Part shown: one piece after another, positions 1 to 9,986 of the stretch
Numbering within the stretch: the stretch's first letter is position 1
Layout: each line of letters opens with the position of its first letter
Source of the DNA: an uncultured Gemmatimonadales bacterium
GTDB taxonomy: Bacteria > Gemmatimonadota > Gemmatimonadetes > Longimicrobiales > Gaopeijiaceae
Assembly (NCBI GenBank): GCA_963823035.1
Contig: CAWGKG010000020.1
Coordinates: 128,001 to 192,000, forward strand
Direction of reading: 5' to 3'
Length of the DNA: 64,000 nucleotides
Program-made: the position numbers and the translations under genes
The notes under the pieces: generated by a model
The model's input: the letters and a program-made list of their open reading frames with translations, nothing else
Databases searched by the model: none
What the model was told of the DNA's origin: nothing

Positions 1-1526
1 CGCCCAGGTGGCTGGCGTCCGGCCGCTGGAAGAAGTGGTTGCCCGCGGTCTGCACGGCGACCATCGCCTCGGGCGTCCCCGCCACGCGGCTGTAGGCCGC
101 CGACCCGCGCACGGCCCACGCGCGGCTGGCGGACTCCAATCGGAGGTCGAGCCCGCCCGCGTAGGCCGAGGAGCGCAACGCCGAGCGGAGCGGGTCGGTG
201 GTCAGGTCCCGGTTGGCGGCCGTCAGCATGCCGCCGACGGAGGTCCGCCCCTGGTTCGAGTCCTTGCGCACCCTCGTGACCAGGTAGTTGGTCATCGGCT
301 CCACCCGGAAATCCTGCGGGACGCCGTCCGCGGTCATGTAGCGGGCGTCCTCGCGGTCGGTGAGCGCCTCGATCACGCCGAGCGACCACCCGGACGAGGT
401 CTTGCCGCTGAACTTCGCGGCGCCGAGGATCGTGGTCACGTCGGGAACGTCCGCGGCGGCCGTGGGCGGGCGGAGCTGCGGGTTGCGCCCGATGCGGCGT
501 GTGTAGAAGAGCTGTCCGCCGCTCGTGTTGCGCCCGAAGTCGAAGATCTCCCCGCCCTCGACGAAGAAGGGCCGCTTCTCGTCGAAGCGCGTCTCGTAGA
601 CCGTGAGGTTCACGACCGCGGGGTCCTGCTCCACCTGGCCGAAGTCCGGATTGAGGCTCGCGTTCAGGGTCAGGTCGGACGTGACGCGATAGAGCAGGTC
701 GACGCCGCCCGACCCCGACGACTCGGAGCGTTTGCGGAAGGGGTTCGGGCCCGGGATCGACGTGCTCGGAGCGCGCCACGCCGTAGGGGAGCACCTCAAG
801 GCGGTGGCCCGGCCGGAGGTCACGCAGCCCCACCAGGTTCGCGTACGTCGGGATCCCGCCCGGCTCGCTCTTCGGCGTGAAGGAGAGCACGGCGTACTCC
901 TTCCGCCGCCCGATGATGCGCTCGAGCTGGATGCCCCACACCTGCTCCGGTTCGTCACGGAAGCGGAGCTGGCTGAAGGGGATGCGATACTCGGCGGTCC
1001 ATCCGCCGTCGTCCACGGTGGCGGCCGCCTCCCACACCGCGTCCCACGAGAGGTCGTCGTGCTCATCGCCGCCGGACCCCATCGACTTCACCGCGTCGCG
1101 CTGCACGCCGGCCGGGTTCAGGTCGAGGGAGAAGGCCGTGCGATGGTCGTGGTAGGAGTCGATGACGACGCCGAGCCAATCCGAGTCCTGCAGGTCCATG
1201 TCCCGCCGGCCGAGCCGCATCGTGGGTGGCCGGCTGTCCGCGAGCCGCACGCCGATGTAGAGCGCCTCGTCGTCGTAGAGCACGCGGGCGATCGTCGGCT
1301 CGCTCACGGGCTGCCCCTCCTCGGGATCCACCTGCGTGAAGTCGTCGACCGGTTGGGCCCGTTGCCAGGAAGCCTCGTCGAGGACGCCGTCCACATGGAT
1401 CGGGCCGGTGGCGCGGGCCGCCTCCACCACCGGCCGGCCCTCGTCGCGCGGCGAGGCGGTGGCCTGGGCGGCCGCCGCGGCGGGGAGCGTCGCCAGGGCG
1501 ATCCAGGTGAGTCGCATCGTCGGCAT
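1..1526 (-). CDS. DUF5916/CBM9-like sugar-binding-domain outer-membrane protein, runs off the window start (not in ORF track)
   Basis: Manual translation from ATG 1526 (GAGGA RBS upstream): MPTMRLTWIALATLPAAAAAQ signal peptide, then IHVDGVLDEASW...LYDDEALYIG...IDSYHDHRTAF...NPAGVQRD, later LNPDFGQVE and YETRFDEKRPFF; paralogous to 51866-54098. Confidence 0.85.
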   Translation of the reverse strand, partial: MPTMRLTWIALATLPAAAAAQATASPRDEGRPVVEAARATGPIHVDGVLDEASWQRAQPVDDFTQVDPEEGQPVSEPTIARVLYDDEALYIGVRLADSRPPTMRLGRRDMDLQDSDWLGVVIDSYHDHRTAFSLDLNPAGVQRDAVKSMGSGGDEHDDLSWDAVWEAAATVDDGGWTAEYRIPFSQLRFRDEPEQVWGIQLERIIGRRKEYAVLSFTPKSEPGGIPTYANLVGLRDLRPGHRLEVLPYGVARSEHVDPGPEPLPQTLRVVGVGRRRPALSRHVRPDPEREPQSGLRPGGAGPRGREPHGLRDALRREAALLRRGRGDLRLRAQHERRTALLHTPHRAQPAAPPAHGRRGRSRRDHDPRRREVQRQDLVRVVARRDRGAHRPRGRPLHDRGRRPAGFPGGADDQLPGHEGAQGLEPGADLRRRHADGRQPGPDHRPAPLGVALLGLRGRARPPIGVRQPRVGRARVGGLQPRGGDARGDGRRADRGQPLLPAAGRQPPG

Positions 1527-1713
1527 CGAAGATCGTCCTCGGTCGGGCTGGGTCGTGGGCACCCGGTCGGACGCGGGGAGGAGGGGGAACGGTTGGACGC
1601 GGGGCCCCGCCGCGTGGGCGCTGCGAGCGGAGAATATGGGTCGAGGGCCATCCGAGGGGAACCGCGGTGCGCCGTCGGCGCAGGAAGACCGACCCTGCCC
1701 CGGAGCGGTGGCA

Positions 1714-1749
1714 TTGATGGAATCAAACAAGTGTTTTATACATGCGTTT
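1714..1749 (+). promoter_or_regulatory. sigma70-like promoter with TetR-type operator(s) for the efflux operon
   Basis: TTGATG(1714-19)-17 nt-TATACA(1737-42); inverted repeat AAACA-AG-TGTTT (1725-36) and an imperfect second copy ATACA-TG-CGTTT (1738-49); AT-rich patch in GC-rich DNA. Confidence 0.6.
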
Positions 1750-1813
1750 CTCGTGGAGCGCGCAGGGGCGCCTCCCCTTTGTCGAGCGGAATGCCGTCCA
1801 GGAGCGCATCCAG

Positions 1814-2767
1814 GTGAAAGCGAGACGTCTTCTCCCGATCCTCTTCCTCGCCGTGATCGTCGCCGCGGTCGTGTGGAACGTGCGCAGCTCCGACGACCAG
1901 GACCTGGTGCTCACGGGGATCGTCACGACCGACGATGTCCTGGTGAGCCCCCAGGTCGCGGGTCGCATCGACAGCCTCTCCGTGGACGTCGGCGACGCCG
2001 TCGAGCGGGGACAGCTGGTGGCCGTCATCGAGCCGGGTGAGCTGGCTGCCGACAAGTCCTACTTCACGCACTCCGCGGAGGCCCTCGGCGCCCAGGTGGC
2101 GGCGAGCGAGGCGGACGTGGCCGCCGCCGAGGCGCAGGAGGCCGAAGCCCGGGCCGGCCTGCAGAAGGCGGAGCAGACGCTGCGGCGCAACGAGGCCGTG
2201 GCGGGCACCGGTGGGATCACCGACGAGGCGCTCGACCAGGCGAGGACCGCCGTGGAGGTCGCGCGCGCCCGGACCGAGGCCGCCACCCGCAAGGTCGCGG
2301 CGGCACGGAGCGGCCTCTCGGCCGTACGCCAACAGCGTGACGCGGCGGCCGCGCAGGTGACCAAGGCGGACGTGCGGCTCGGCTACACGGAGGTGCGCGC
2401 TCCCGTCTCGGGGGTGGTGGACGTCCGGGCGGCGCGCCTGGGAGAGGTGGTCGGGGCCGGCCAGCCGATCGTCACGCTCGTGGATCCGGACGATCTCTGG
2501 GTGCGGGCGGACGTGGAGGAGACGTACGTGGACCGCATCCGCGTGGGCGACCGCATGACCGTACGCCTCCCCTCCGGCGAGGAGCGCGAGGGGACGGTCT
2601 TCTATCGTGGCGTGGACGCGCAGTACGCCACGCAGCGCGACGTGAGTCGGACCAAGCGCGACATCAAGACGTTCGAGGTACGGCTGCGCGTCGACAACCG
2701 CGACCGGCGCCTGGCGCTCGGGATGACGGCCTACGTCCTGCTCCCGGCGCCGGAGAAGGCGTCTTGA
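1814..2767 (+). CDS. HlyD-family membrane fusion protein (YbhG-like)
   Basis: N-terminal TM, VSPQVAGRI lipoyl half-motif, coiled coil, VRAPVSGVV; GTG 1814 with GGAG RBS. Confidence 0.9.
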   Translation: MKARRLLPILFLAVIVAAVVWNVRSSDDQDLVLTGIVTTDDVLVSPQVAGRIDSLSVDVGDAVERGQLVAVIEPGELAADKSYFTHSAEALGAQVAASEADVAAAEAQEAEARAGLQKAEQTLRRNEAVAGTGGITDEALDQARTAVEVARARTEAATRKVAAARSGLSAVRQQRDAAAAQVTKADVRLGYTEVRAPVSGVVDVRAARLGEVVGAGQPIVTLVDPDDLWVRADVEETYVDRIRVGDRMTVRLPSGEEREGTVFYRGVDAQYATQRDVSRTKRDIKTFEVRLRVDNRDRRLALGMTAYVLLPAPEKAS

Positions 2768-3756
2768 GCGCCATCGACGTACGGGAGCTGACGAAGCGCT
2801 TCGGCGACTTCACGGCGGTGGACGCGATCTCCTTCGACGTCCGCGAGGGTGAGATCTTCGGGCTTCTCGGCCCCAACGGCGCGGGCAAGTCCACGCTGAT
2901 CCGCATGCTGACCACGTTGCTGAAGCCGACCTCCGGCCAGGCGACGGTCGGCGGCTTCGACGTCGCGACGCGCGCGGACGACGTGCGACGGACGATCGGC
3001 GTGATCCCCCAGGCGATGACGACGGACCTGGAGCTGAGCGCGACCGAGAACCTCCTCATCTTCGCGAAGCTCTACGGCGTTCCCCGCGAGCGTCGGAAGG
3101 AGCTCATCGCCGGCCTCCTGGAAGCGGTGGAGCTGTCGAAGTGGGCGGACGCGCCGGTGAGGAACCTCTCGGGCGGGATGCGCCGGCGCGTCGAGATCGC
3201 GCGCGGACTCGTGCATTCGCCGCGCATCCTCTTCCTGGACGAGCCCACTACGGGCCTCGACCCCGTGTCGCGCACCGCGGTGTGGGAGATGATCAACCGC
3301 CTGAAGGAGGGCCACGACCTCACCGTCCTCCTCACCACGCACTACATGGACGAAGCGGACAAGCTCTGCGACAGGATCGCGATCGTGGACCACGGTGAGC
3401 TGAAGGCGCTGGACTCCCCCCTCCGCCTCAAGGCTGCCATCCCTGGCGAGAACACCCTCGAGGTGAGCTTCGGGGACGCCCCTGCGGACTGGACGGCACG
3501 CGTCGAGGGGTTGCCGGGCGTCGAGGGCGTGACCGGGGAGGGAGAGGTGCTGCGCATCGCGAGCGCGTCGGGGCCGGCGACCACCACGGCGCTCATGGCC
3601 GAGGCGGCCGCGTCGGGCGTGACCGTGCGCTCGCTCTCCGTGCAGAGCACGACGCTGGACGACGTCTTCGTGCACTACACCGGGCACGACCTGCGCGACG
3701 CCCTCCAGGAGATGTCCCCCATGGACCGACACGCCATGCTCCGGCGGGGGAGGTAG
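2764..3756 (+). CDS. ABC transporter ATP-binding protein (DrrA-like)
   Basis: GPNGAGKS Walker A, LSGGM signature, ILFLDEPT Walker B. Confidence 0.95.
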   Translation: MSAIDVRELTKRFGDFTAVDAISFDVREGEIFGLLGPNGAGKSTLIRMLTTLLKPTSGQATVGGFDVATRADDVRRTIGVIPQAMTTDLELSATENLLIFAKLYGVPRERRKELIAGLLEAVELSKWADAPVRNLSGGMRRRVEIARGLVHSPRILFLDEPTTGLDPVSRTAVWEMINRLKEGHDLTVLLTTHYMDEADKLCDRIAIVDHGELKALDSPLRLKAAIPGENTLEVSFGDAPADWTARVEGLPGVEGVTGEGEVLRIASASGPATTTALMAEAAASGVTVRSLSVQSTTLDDVFVHYTGHDLRDALQEMSPMDRHAMLRRGR

Positions 3757-3758
3757 CC

Positions 3759-4877
3759 ATGGAGCGCATGTGGGCCATCGTGGAGCGGGACCTGAGGCGG
3801 TTCCGGAAGAGCCCGATGCTGATCGTCATGTCGCTCTTCATGCCGCTCGTCCAGCTGGTGGTGCTCGGCCACGCGTTCGGGGGACAGGTGAAGCACCTGC
3901 AGGTCGCGCTGGTGGACCAGGACCACGGCGTGCCGGCGGTCCAGCTCCAGGAGTTGGGCAACGCCGTGGCGGCCAACGCCCGCACCTTCACGTGGGTGCG
4001 GTTCGAGGACGAGGGGCTGGCCATGCAGGCGCTTCGTGACGGACGCGTGAACGGCGTATTGACGATCCCGCCGGGCTTCTCGCGCAGGACGCTGGTCGGT
4101 GACGGGCCCCGGGTCGCGCTCATCGAGGACAACACCGACGGCTTCGTGTCGGCCACGCTGGCCTCCACGTTCGCGGGTATGATGCGTGCGTACGACAGCC
4201 CGGCCATCGCGCCGGCGCCACGCGTCGCGGGCGTACCCACGCTGGACGTGGTGGAGCTGTACCCGTACGTGCCCTACATCCAGTACCTGCTGCCGGGCAC
4301 GACGGTGATGTCGATCTTCATGATGGTGATGATCGGTGGCGGCATCATCTTCATCGACGACAAGGCGCGCGGCCTGCACGAGGGCTACCTGGTCACGCCG
4401 GTCACGAGGCTGGAGCTCATCATGGGCTTCAACCTCTCGGGCGCCATCAAGGGGATGCTCTCCGGCGTCATGGTCATCACGCTCGGCGCGGTGATCGCCG
4501 GCGTGCCGCACGCCTTCGCGCCGGACCGCATGCTCAAGCTCCTCGCGGTGGTGGCGATCACCTCGGTGACGCTCGTGAGCATGATGTTCCTGCTCATGGT
4601 GCGCGTGACCGACCCGCTCCTGCCACGGGCGCTGTTCGGCGTCCTGAACACCCTCCTGTGGTTTCCGAGCGGGGCGGTCTACCCGCAGCAGGCCTTCCCC
4701 GAGTGGATGCGCGCGATCGCCGTGGTCGACCCCTTCACCTACGCGGTGCACGGCCTGAAGAGCGTGCTCCTGAAGGACGCGGGCTTCGGAGCCATCGGAT
4801 TCGATCTGCTCTACCTGACGGCGTTCTCGGCGGTGACCATGCTGGCGGCCACGCTGCTCTTCAAGCGGGAGCTGTGA
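3759..4877 (+). CDS. ABC-2 type permease
   Basis: N-terminal TM, extracytoplasmic loop, C-terminal TMs, SGAVYP and DPFTYAV motifs. Confidence 0.92.
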   Translation: MERMWAIVERDLRRFRKSPMLIVMSLFMPLVQLVVLGHAFGGQVKHLQVALVDQDHGVPAVQLQELGNAVAANARTFTWVRFEDEGLAMQALRDGRVNGVLTIPPGFSRRTLVGDGPRVALIEDNTDGFVSATLASTFAGMMRAYDSPAIAPAPRVAGVPTLDVVELYPYVPYIQYLLPGTTVMSIFMMVMIGGGIIFIDDKARGLHEGYLVTPVTRLELIMGFNLSGAIKGMLSGVMVITLGAVIAGVPHAFAPDRMLKLLAVVAITSVTLVSMMFLLMVRVTDPLLPRALFGVLNTLLWFPSGAVYPQQAFPEWMRAIAVVDPFTYAVHGLKSVLLKDAGFGAIGFDLLYLTAFSAVTMLAATLLFKREL

Positions 4878-5545
4878 TGGACCGCCGGTGGACGGCGCCG
4901 CCGGGAGGGGAGCGCGACTGACCGGACCCCGCCACGCGACAGCGCCTCCTCGACGCTGGGCTACGCCTCTTCTCGGAGCACGGATATCACCACGTCACGG
5001 TGCGCGACCTGTGTCGGGAGGCCCACGCGAACCTGGCGGCGGTGAACTACCACTTCGGGGGCAAGCTCGAGCTCTACGAAGAGGTGGTGGGTGTGGCCCT
5101 CGCCCGGCTGCGTGCGGATCCTACCATCTCGGTCTCCGCGGAGGCGTCGGCGGAAGAGCGCATCCGGCACTACGTGCGTGAGTACGTCCCCAGGCTCGCG
5201 GCACCGCAGGGGGACGGCGTGCGCTTCCAGAAGCTCATGCGCCACGAGATCAGCGAGCCGACGCCCGTGGCACCGCGGATCGCGGAGGAGGTCATTCGCC
5301 CCCGTATCCGATACCTGTCCAAGGCCGTCGCGGAGCTGCTGGGCGTCGAGCCCACGGATCCCCGGGTCGGGCGGAGCGTCGTCAGCCTCCAGGCCCAGTG
5401 CCTCTTCCTCATGCCGAACAACTTCCGGAAGGTGGCGATCCAGGGGGCCACCGATCCCGGACCGGAGGAGATCGCCGCCTGGGTCGAGCACATCATCGAC
5501 TTCACGCTGGCGGGCATCCGGCGGCTCGGCGAGGCCGACGCGTAG
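4877..5545 (+). CDS. TetR/CecR(YbiH)-family regulator; in-frame TGA at 4919-4921 near the start
   Basis: HTH ATRQRLLDAGLRLFSEHGYHHVTVRDLCREAHANLAAVNYHFGGK lies mostly upstream of the listed GTG 5000; C-terminal EHIIDFTLAGI; ATG 4877 overlaps the permease stop (TGATG). Confidence 0.8.
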
Positions 5546-5618
5546 CTCCACCTCCGCCGAGACCGGATCGTGACCGGGCCGCGCCTCGCGCGCGGCGGCT
5601 CACGGCGTATGTTGCGGC

Positions 5619-8339
5619 ATGGTCACCGCCCTGGTTTTCGCCGCGCTGCAGCAGGTCCCTCCCCCCGAGCCACGCCGGTCGGTGCCGGACCCAGGGGTGA
5701 TCGCGACCGCCCAGGAGGTGACGCCCGCCGGGGTGCAGACGGTCTTCGACGGGCGCGTGGCCGGCGTGCGCTTCGGCGCACGGGCCTCCGAGATCTGGGT
5801 GGCGGTCCCGGGCGGAGCCTACCACCTGGACTGGCGGGCCGACCGCGTCCTCTCCGTGGGCCGCTTCGACGGCACGCCCGGGGTGCATGGGCTCGCGATC
5901 GATCCCGCCACCGGCGAGGTGTTCGTCTCGTCGGTGGGGCGACTGCCTCCCGAGGTGGCCACGAGCCGTACGCCGGACGTCCCGCTTCCCGAGGACGCGC
6001 GCGTCATCGCCCAGCTCGGTGTGTACGACGGCGCCGCGTCCGGCGGTGACGCCCTCCCTCCACTTCGCACCTCGAACGCGCTCGGCGGCTACATGGCCGG
6101 CGGACCCGCCGTGGCGCGCCGCACGAACCGGGGCGGACATCGCGTGGCGATCGTGCCCCTCCCGGCCGACGACCGGGTGGCGGTGGTGGACGCGGCCACC
6201 GGAGCGCTCGTCCACCTGGTCGGGGTGGGCGTCCTCCCGGTGGCCGCGGTCGTCTCGGCGGATGGGACCGAGGCGTGGGTCACCACGTTCGGGGGCGAGA
6301 AGCCGACCAGCAGGGACCGGGCGGCCAGCCAGTGCTGTGACCCCCGCGCGGAGCCGGTGCGCGTGGACGAGCGCGGCATCGCCGACGCGGGGACCGTGAC
6401 GCGCATCGACCCCGTGTCCGGAAGGGTCACGGCGACCGTGGAGGTCGGCCGTCACCCGACCGGGGTGGCGTGGGACACGGCACGCGGACGTCTCTACGTC
6501 GCCGATGGCAATTCCGACCGCGTGAGCGTCGTGGACACACGCGCGGCGCGCCTGGTCGACGCGCTCGAGATCGCACCGTTCGTCGAGCGGGGCGTCGGAC
6601 TCGCGCCCACGGCAGTGGCGCTCTCGCCCGACGGTGGGACGCTCTACGTCGCGCTCGGCGGGGCGAACGCGGTCGCCGTCTACGACGTCGCGCAGGCGGC
6701 CGGGGCCGGCGTCCTGAAGGGGCTCATCCCCACCGGGTGGTACCCTTCCGCACTCGACGTGAGCGCCGACGGCACCACGCTGGCGGTCGGCACGCTCCTG
6801 GGCGTGGGCTCGGGGGAGGGGGAGACGTCCGGCTCGCCGGGACTGCGCGGTCGCTACGTGCACGCCGTGCGTGGCTCCGTGAACGTCGTGCCGGTTCCGA
6901 CCGAGTCCGAGCTGGCCGCCTACACCACGTCGGTCGCGCGCAACGGACGGCTCACGCTCGCGGGCGGCAGGAGCGGGGCCGCCACCCTGGAGCCGAGGCC
7001 GGGTGTGCCGGCCCGTGCCGTCCCCGAGCGCCCCGGGGAGCCGTCGCTCATCGACCACGTGGTGTTCGTGATCCGCGAGAACCGCACGTACGACCAGGTG
7101 CTCGGGGACATCGGCCGAGGCGCCAGCGACAGCTCGCTCGTCATCTACGGCCGCGACGTCACGCCCAACGCGCACGCGCTGGCCGACCGGTACGTGCTGC
7201 TCGACCACTTCTTCGCGTCCGGGGGCAACTCGGCCGACGGGCACCAGTGGCTCACGCAGGCCAACGAGACCGGGTACCCCATGTGGCCGCTCTACAGTGG
7301 GCGCAGCTACCCCTTCGACGGCGTGGACCCGCTCACGTACTCCTTCGGAGGCTTCCTGTGGGAGGCCGCGGCGTCGGAGGGGAAGAGCGTTTCGGTGTTC
7401 GGCGAATACGCCCCTTCGCCGCCCGATACCGATCCTGAGATGCGCCGCCGGCTGCTCGCCGCGTTCCGCGAGGGCTCGCACGACCACGCCTGGTTCCGGC
7501 GTGAGCTCGCGACGATGTACGACACCCGCTCGGAGATCCCCTCCCTCGACCGGGTGCTCGTGCGCGAATACCCGGGGTGGACGATGGACACGCCCGACGT
7601 GGTGCAGGCCGAGGTGTTCCTCGACCACCTGGACGAGTGGGAGGCGGCCGGCTCGATGCCCCATCTCGTGTTGATCGTGCTGCCCAGCGACCACACCAGC
7701 GGTACGTCTCCCGGTTGGAGCACGCCGAAGGCGTCCGTGGCGGACAACGACCTCGCGCTGGGGCGCGTGGTGGAGGGGCTCACGCACTCCTCCTTCTGGG
7801 CGTCGATGGCCGTCCTGGTGGTGGAAGACGACGCGCAGAACGGCGTCGACCACATCGATGGGCACCGCACCGTGGCGCTCGCCATCTCACCGTATGCGCG
7901 CAGGGGGGTCATCGACAGCACATTCTACAGCCAGCCGAGCATGGTGAAGACGATCGAGCTCATGCTCGGCCTGCCCGCGCTCAGCATGTTCGATCTGGTG
8001 GCCACGGACATGCGCGCGAGCTTCATCGGCCCCGGTGGCACGCCCGATGCGACGCCCTTCACGGCCCTCCTTCCGGCGCAGTCGCTGTACGAGATCAACC
8101 CTCCAGCGAAGAACCTGCGCGACGACGCCCGGGAGGCGGCCCTCGCGTCGTCCCGTATGCGCCTCGACATCCCCGACGCGGCTCCGAGCGACCTCCTCAA
8201 CCGGATTCTGTGGCACGACGCGCGCGGTTGGGACACGCCCTTCCCCGGCGTGCGCAGGGCCCTCTTCTTCCCGATGTCCGTGGACCTGGCGGACGACGAG
8301 CGCGAGGAGCGCGAGCCGCGGGAGCCGGGCGGACCCTAG
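5619..8339 (+). CDS. YncE/YVTN beta-propeller fused to a phosphoesterase (alkaline phosphatase superfamily) domain
   Basis: Repeated VGxxP propeller blades, LYVADGNSDRVSVVD, HVVFVIRENRTYDQVLGD, SADGHQW, VEDDAQNGVDHIDGHR. Confidence 0.9.
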   Translation: MVTALVFAALQQVPPPEPRRSVPDPGVIATAQEVTPAGVQTVFDGRVAGVRFGARASEIWVAVPGGAYHLDWRADRVLSVGRFDGTPGVHGLAIDPATGEVFVSSVGRLPPEVATSRTPDVPLPEDARVIAQLGVYDGAASGGDALPPLRTSNALGGYMAGGPAVARRTNRGGHRVAIVPLPADDRVAVVDAATGALVHLVGVGVLPVAAVVSADGTEAWVTTFGGEKPTSRDRAASQCCDPRAEPVRVDERGIADAGTVTRIDPVSGRVTATVEVGRHPTGVAWDTARGRLYVADGNSDRVSVVDTRAARLVDALEIAPFVERGVGLAPTAVALSPDGGTLYVALGGANAVAVYDVAQAAGAGVLKGLIPTGWYPSALDVSADGTTLAVGTLLGVGSGEGETSGSPGLRGRYVHAVRGSVNVVPVPTESELAAYTTSVARNGRLTLAGGRSGAATLEPRPGVPARAVPERPGEPSLIDHVVFVIRENRTYDQVLGDIGRGASDSSLVIYGRDVTPNAHALADRYVLLDHFFASGGNSADGHQWLTQANETGYPMWPLYSGRSYPFDGVDPLTYSFGGFLWEAAASEGKSVSVFGEYAPSPPDTDPEMRRRLLAAFREGSHDHAWFRRELATMYDTRSEIPSLDRVLVREYPGWTMDTPDVVQAEVFLDHLDEWEAAGSMPHLVLIVLPSDHTSGTSPGWSTPKASVADNDLALGRVVEGLTHSSFWASMAVLVVEDDAQNGVDHIDGHRTVALAISPYARRGVIDSTFYSQPSMVKTIELMLGLPALSMFDLVATDMRASFIGPGGTPDATPFTALLPAQSLYEINPPAKNLRDDAREAALASSRMRLDIPDAAPSDLLNRILWHDARGWDTPFPGVRRALFFPMSVDLADDEREEREPREPGGP

Positions 8340-8393
8340 CCGTTGTCCGACCAAGCTTCGCGCCCAGGCGCGCGTCCGCCTTTACATTCCTCC

Positions 8394-9986
8394 ATGCCGA
8401 ACCCTCCCACGCGGCTGTCCCGCTTCCTCTCCGAACTCCGCCGAAGGCGCGTCGTGAGGGTGACGGTGCTGTACGTGGCGGCCGCGTTCGCGGTGCTCCA
8501 GGCGGCGGATCTCCTCTTCCCGGTGCTCATGCTACCCGAGGCGGCGTTCCGGGTCCTCGCGATCGTGGCCATCCTCGGGTTCCCGGCGGCCCTCGCGCTC
8601 GGCTGGGCCTTCGACGTCGTCCCCGCGTCCCCGGCGCCGGCTTCGCCCGTCGACGGAGGTGCGCGGGCGTACGCGGGGCAGGCCGCGGAGCCCGTCGCCC
8701 CCGCCCACTCCGTCGCCGTTCTCCCCTTCCTGAACATGAGCGCGGAGGCGGAGAACGAGTACTTCAGCGACGGCTTGTCCGAGGAGATTCTGAACGTGCT
8801 GGCGAAGGTGCCGGGACTGCGCGTGTCGTCGCGCACCTCGTCGTTCGCCTTCAAGGACGCGAGCGTGGACGTCCGCGAGGTCGGGCGACGTCTGGGCGTG
8901 CGGGTCGTCCTGGAAGGGAGCGTCCGCCGGGAGGGGGAGCAGATGAGGATCACGGCTCAGCTCGTGGACGCCTCCACGGGCTTTCACCTCTGGTCCGACG
9001 TCTACAATCGACGCGCACGCGACGTCTTCGCGATCCAGGCGGAGATCTCGGTGCGCATCGTAGAGTCCCTCGACCTTCGCCTGGGCGAGCGGGCGGCGCT
9101 GGCCCTCCGAGCGGCGCCGGTCGAGGACCTGCGCGCCTACGAGCTCTACCTGCGCGGGCGGTACCACTTCAACCGTCTGACACGCTCGGCGCTACAGAAC
9201 GCCTGCGTCCTCTTCCGGCGGGCCATCCAGCTCGAGCCGGGCTTCGCTCCCGCCTACTGTGGGCTCTCGGATGCGCTCGCCGTGATCCACGTATGGATCG
9301 ATCGGGACCCGGAGATCCTGCGCGAGGCGGAGCGGGCGAGCGCGCGGGCGGTGGAGCTGGCGCCCGAGCTGGCCGAGGCGCGCACGTCGACGGCCTGGGT
9401 GCACTCCCTCATGCGCCGCTTCGACGAGGCGACGGCGGACTTCGAGCAGGCGCTCGAGCGTGATCCCACGCTCTACGAGGCGCTCTACCTCTTCGGACGG
9501 TCGCGCTTCGCCGAAGGGAAGCTGCAGGAGGCCGCCGAGCTCATGGAGCGCGCGCACGCCGCGAGGCCCGACGAGTTCCAGGCGAAGAGCCTGCGCACGA
9601 TGATGCTGCGCACGCTGGGTCGACCGGAGGAGGCTCGGGCGAACGCCCGCGAGGCCGTGCGGCTGGCCGAGCGTCACCTCGAGCTGAACCCGGACGACGT
9701 CCGTGCGATCTACCTGCGGGCGCAGGAGCTGGTGGAGATCGGACGGACCGACGAGGCGAGGGAGGCGGCGGCGCGCGTGCTCGCGATGGAGCCGGACGAC
9801 TCGGGCGTCCTCTACAACATCGCCTGTCTGTACGCGCGGCTGGGTGAGGTGGGGCCGGCGATGAACGCCCTGGAAAGCGCGTTGGACGTGGGGGCCCTGC
9901 AGCGGGACTGGCTGGAGAACGACCCGGACCTGGACCTCCTGCGCGCCGAAGCGCGCTTCCAGTGGCTCATCGGCCGGATGGCGTAG
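8394..9986 (+). CDS. Membrane-anchored TolB-like N-terminal domain plus TPR protein
   Basis: ELRRRRVVRV plus 2 TMs, SVAVLPFLNMS...EYFSDGLSEEILNVL motif, multiple TPRs, C-terminal LYNIACLYA...DPDLDLLR. Confidence 0.85.
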   Translation: MPNPPTRLSRFLSELRRRRVVRVTVLYVAAAFAVLQAADLLFPVLMLPEAAFRVLAIVAILGFPAALALGWAFDVVPASPAPASPVDGGARAYAGQAAEPVAPAHSVAVLPFLNMSAEAENEYFSDGLSEEILNVLAKVPGLRVSSRTSSFAFKDASVDVREVGRRLGVRVVLEGSVRREGEQMRITAQLVDASTGFHLWSDVYNRRARDVFAIQAEISVRIVESLDLRLGERAALALRAAPVEDLRAYELYLRGRYHFNRLTRSALQNACVLFRRAIQLEPGFAPAYCGLSDALAVIHVWIDRDPEILREAERASARAVELAPELAEARTSTAWVHSLMRRFDEATADFEQALERDPTLYEALYLFGRSRFAEGKLQEAAELMERAHAARPDEFQAKSLRTMMLRTLGRPEEARANAREAVRLAERHLELNPDDVRAIYLRAQELVEIGRTDEAREAAARVLAMEPDDSGVLYNIACLYARLGEVGPAMNALESALDVGALQRDWLENDPDLDLLRAEARFQWLIGRMA

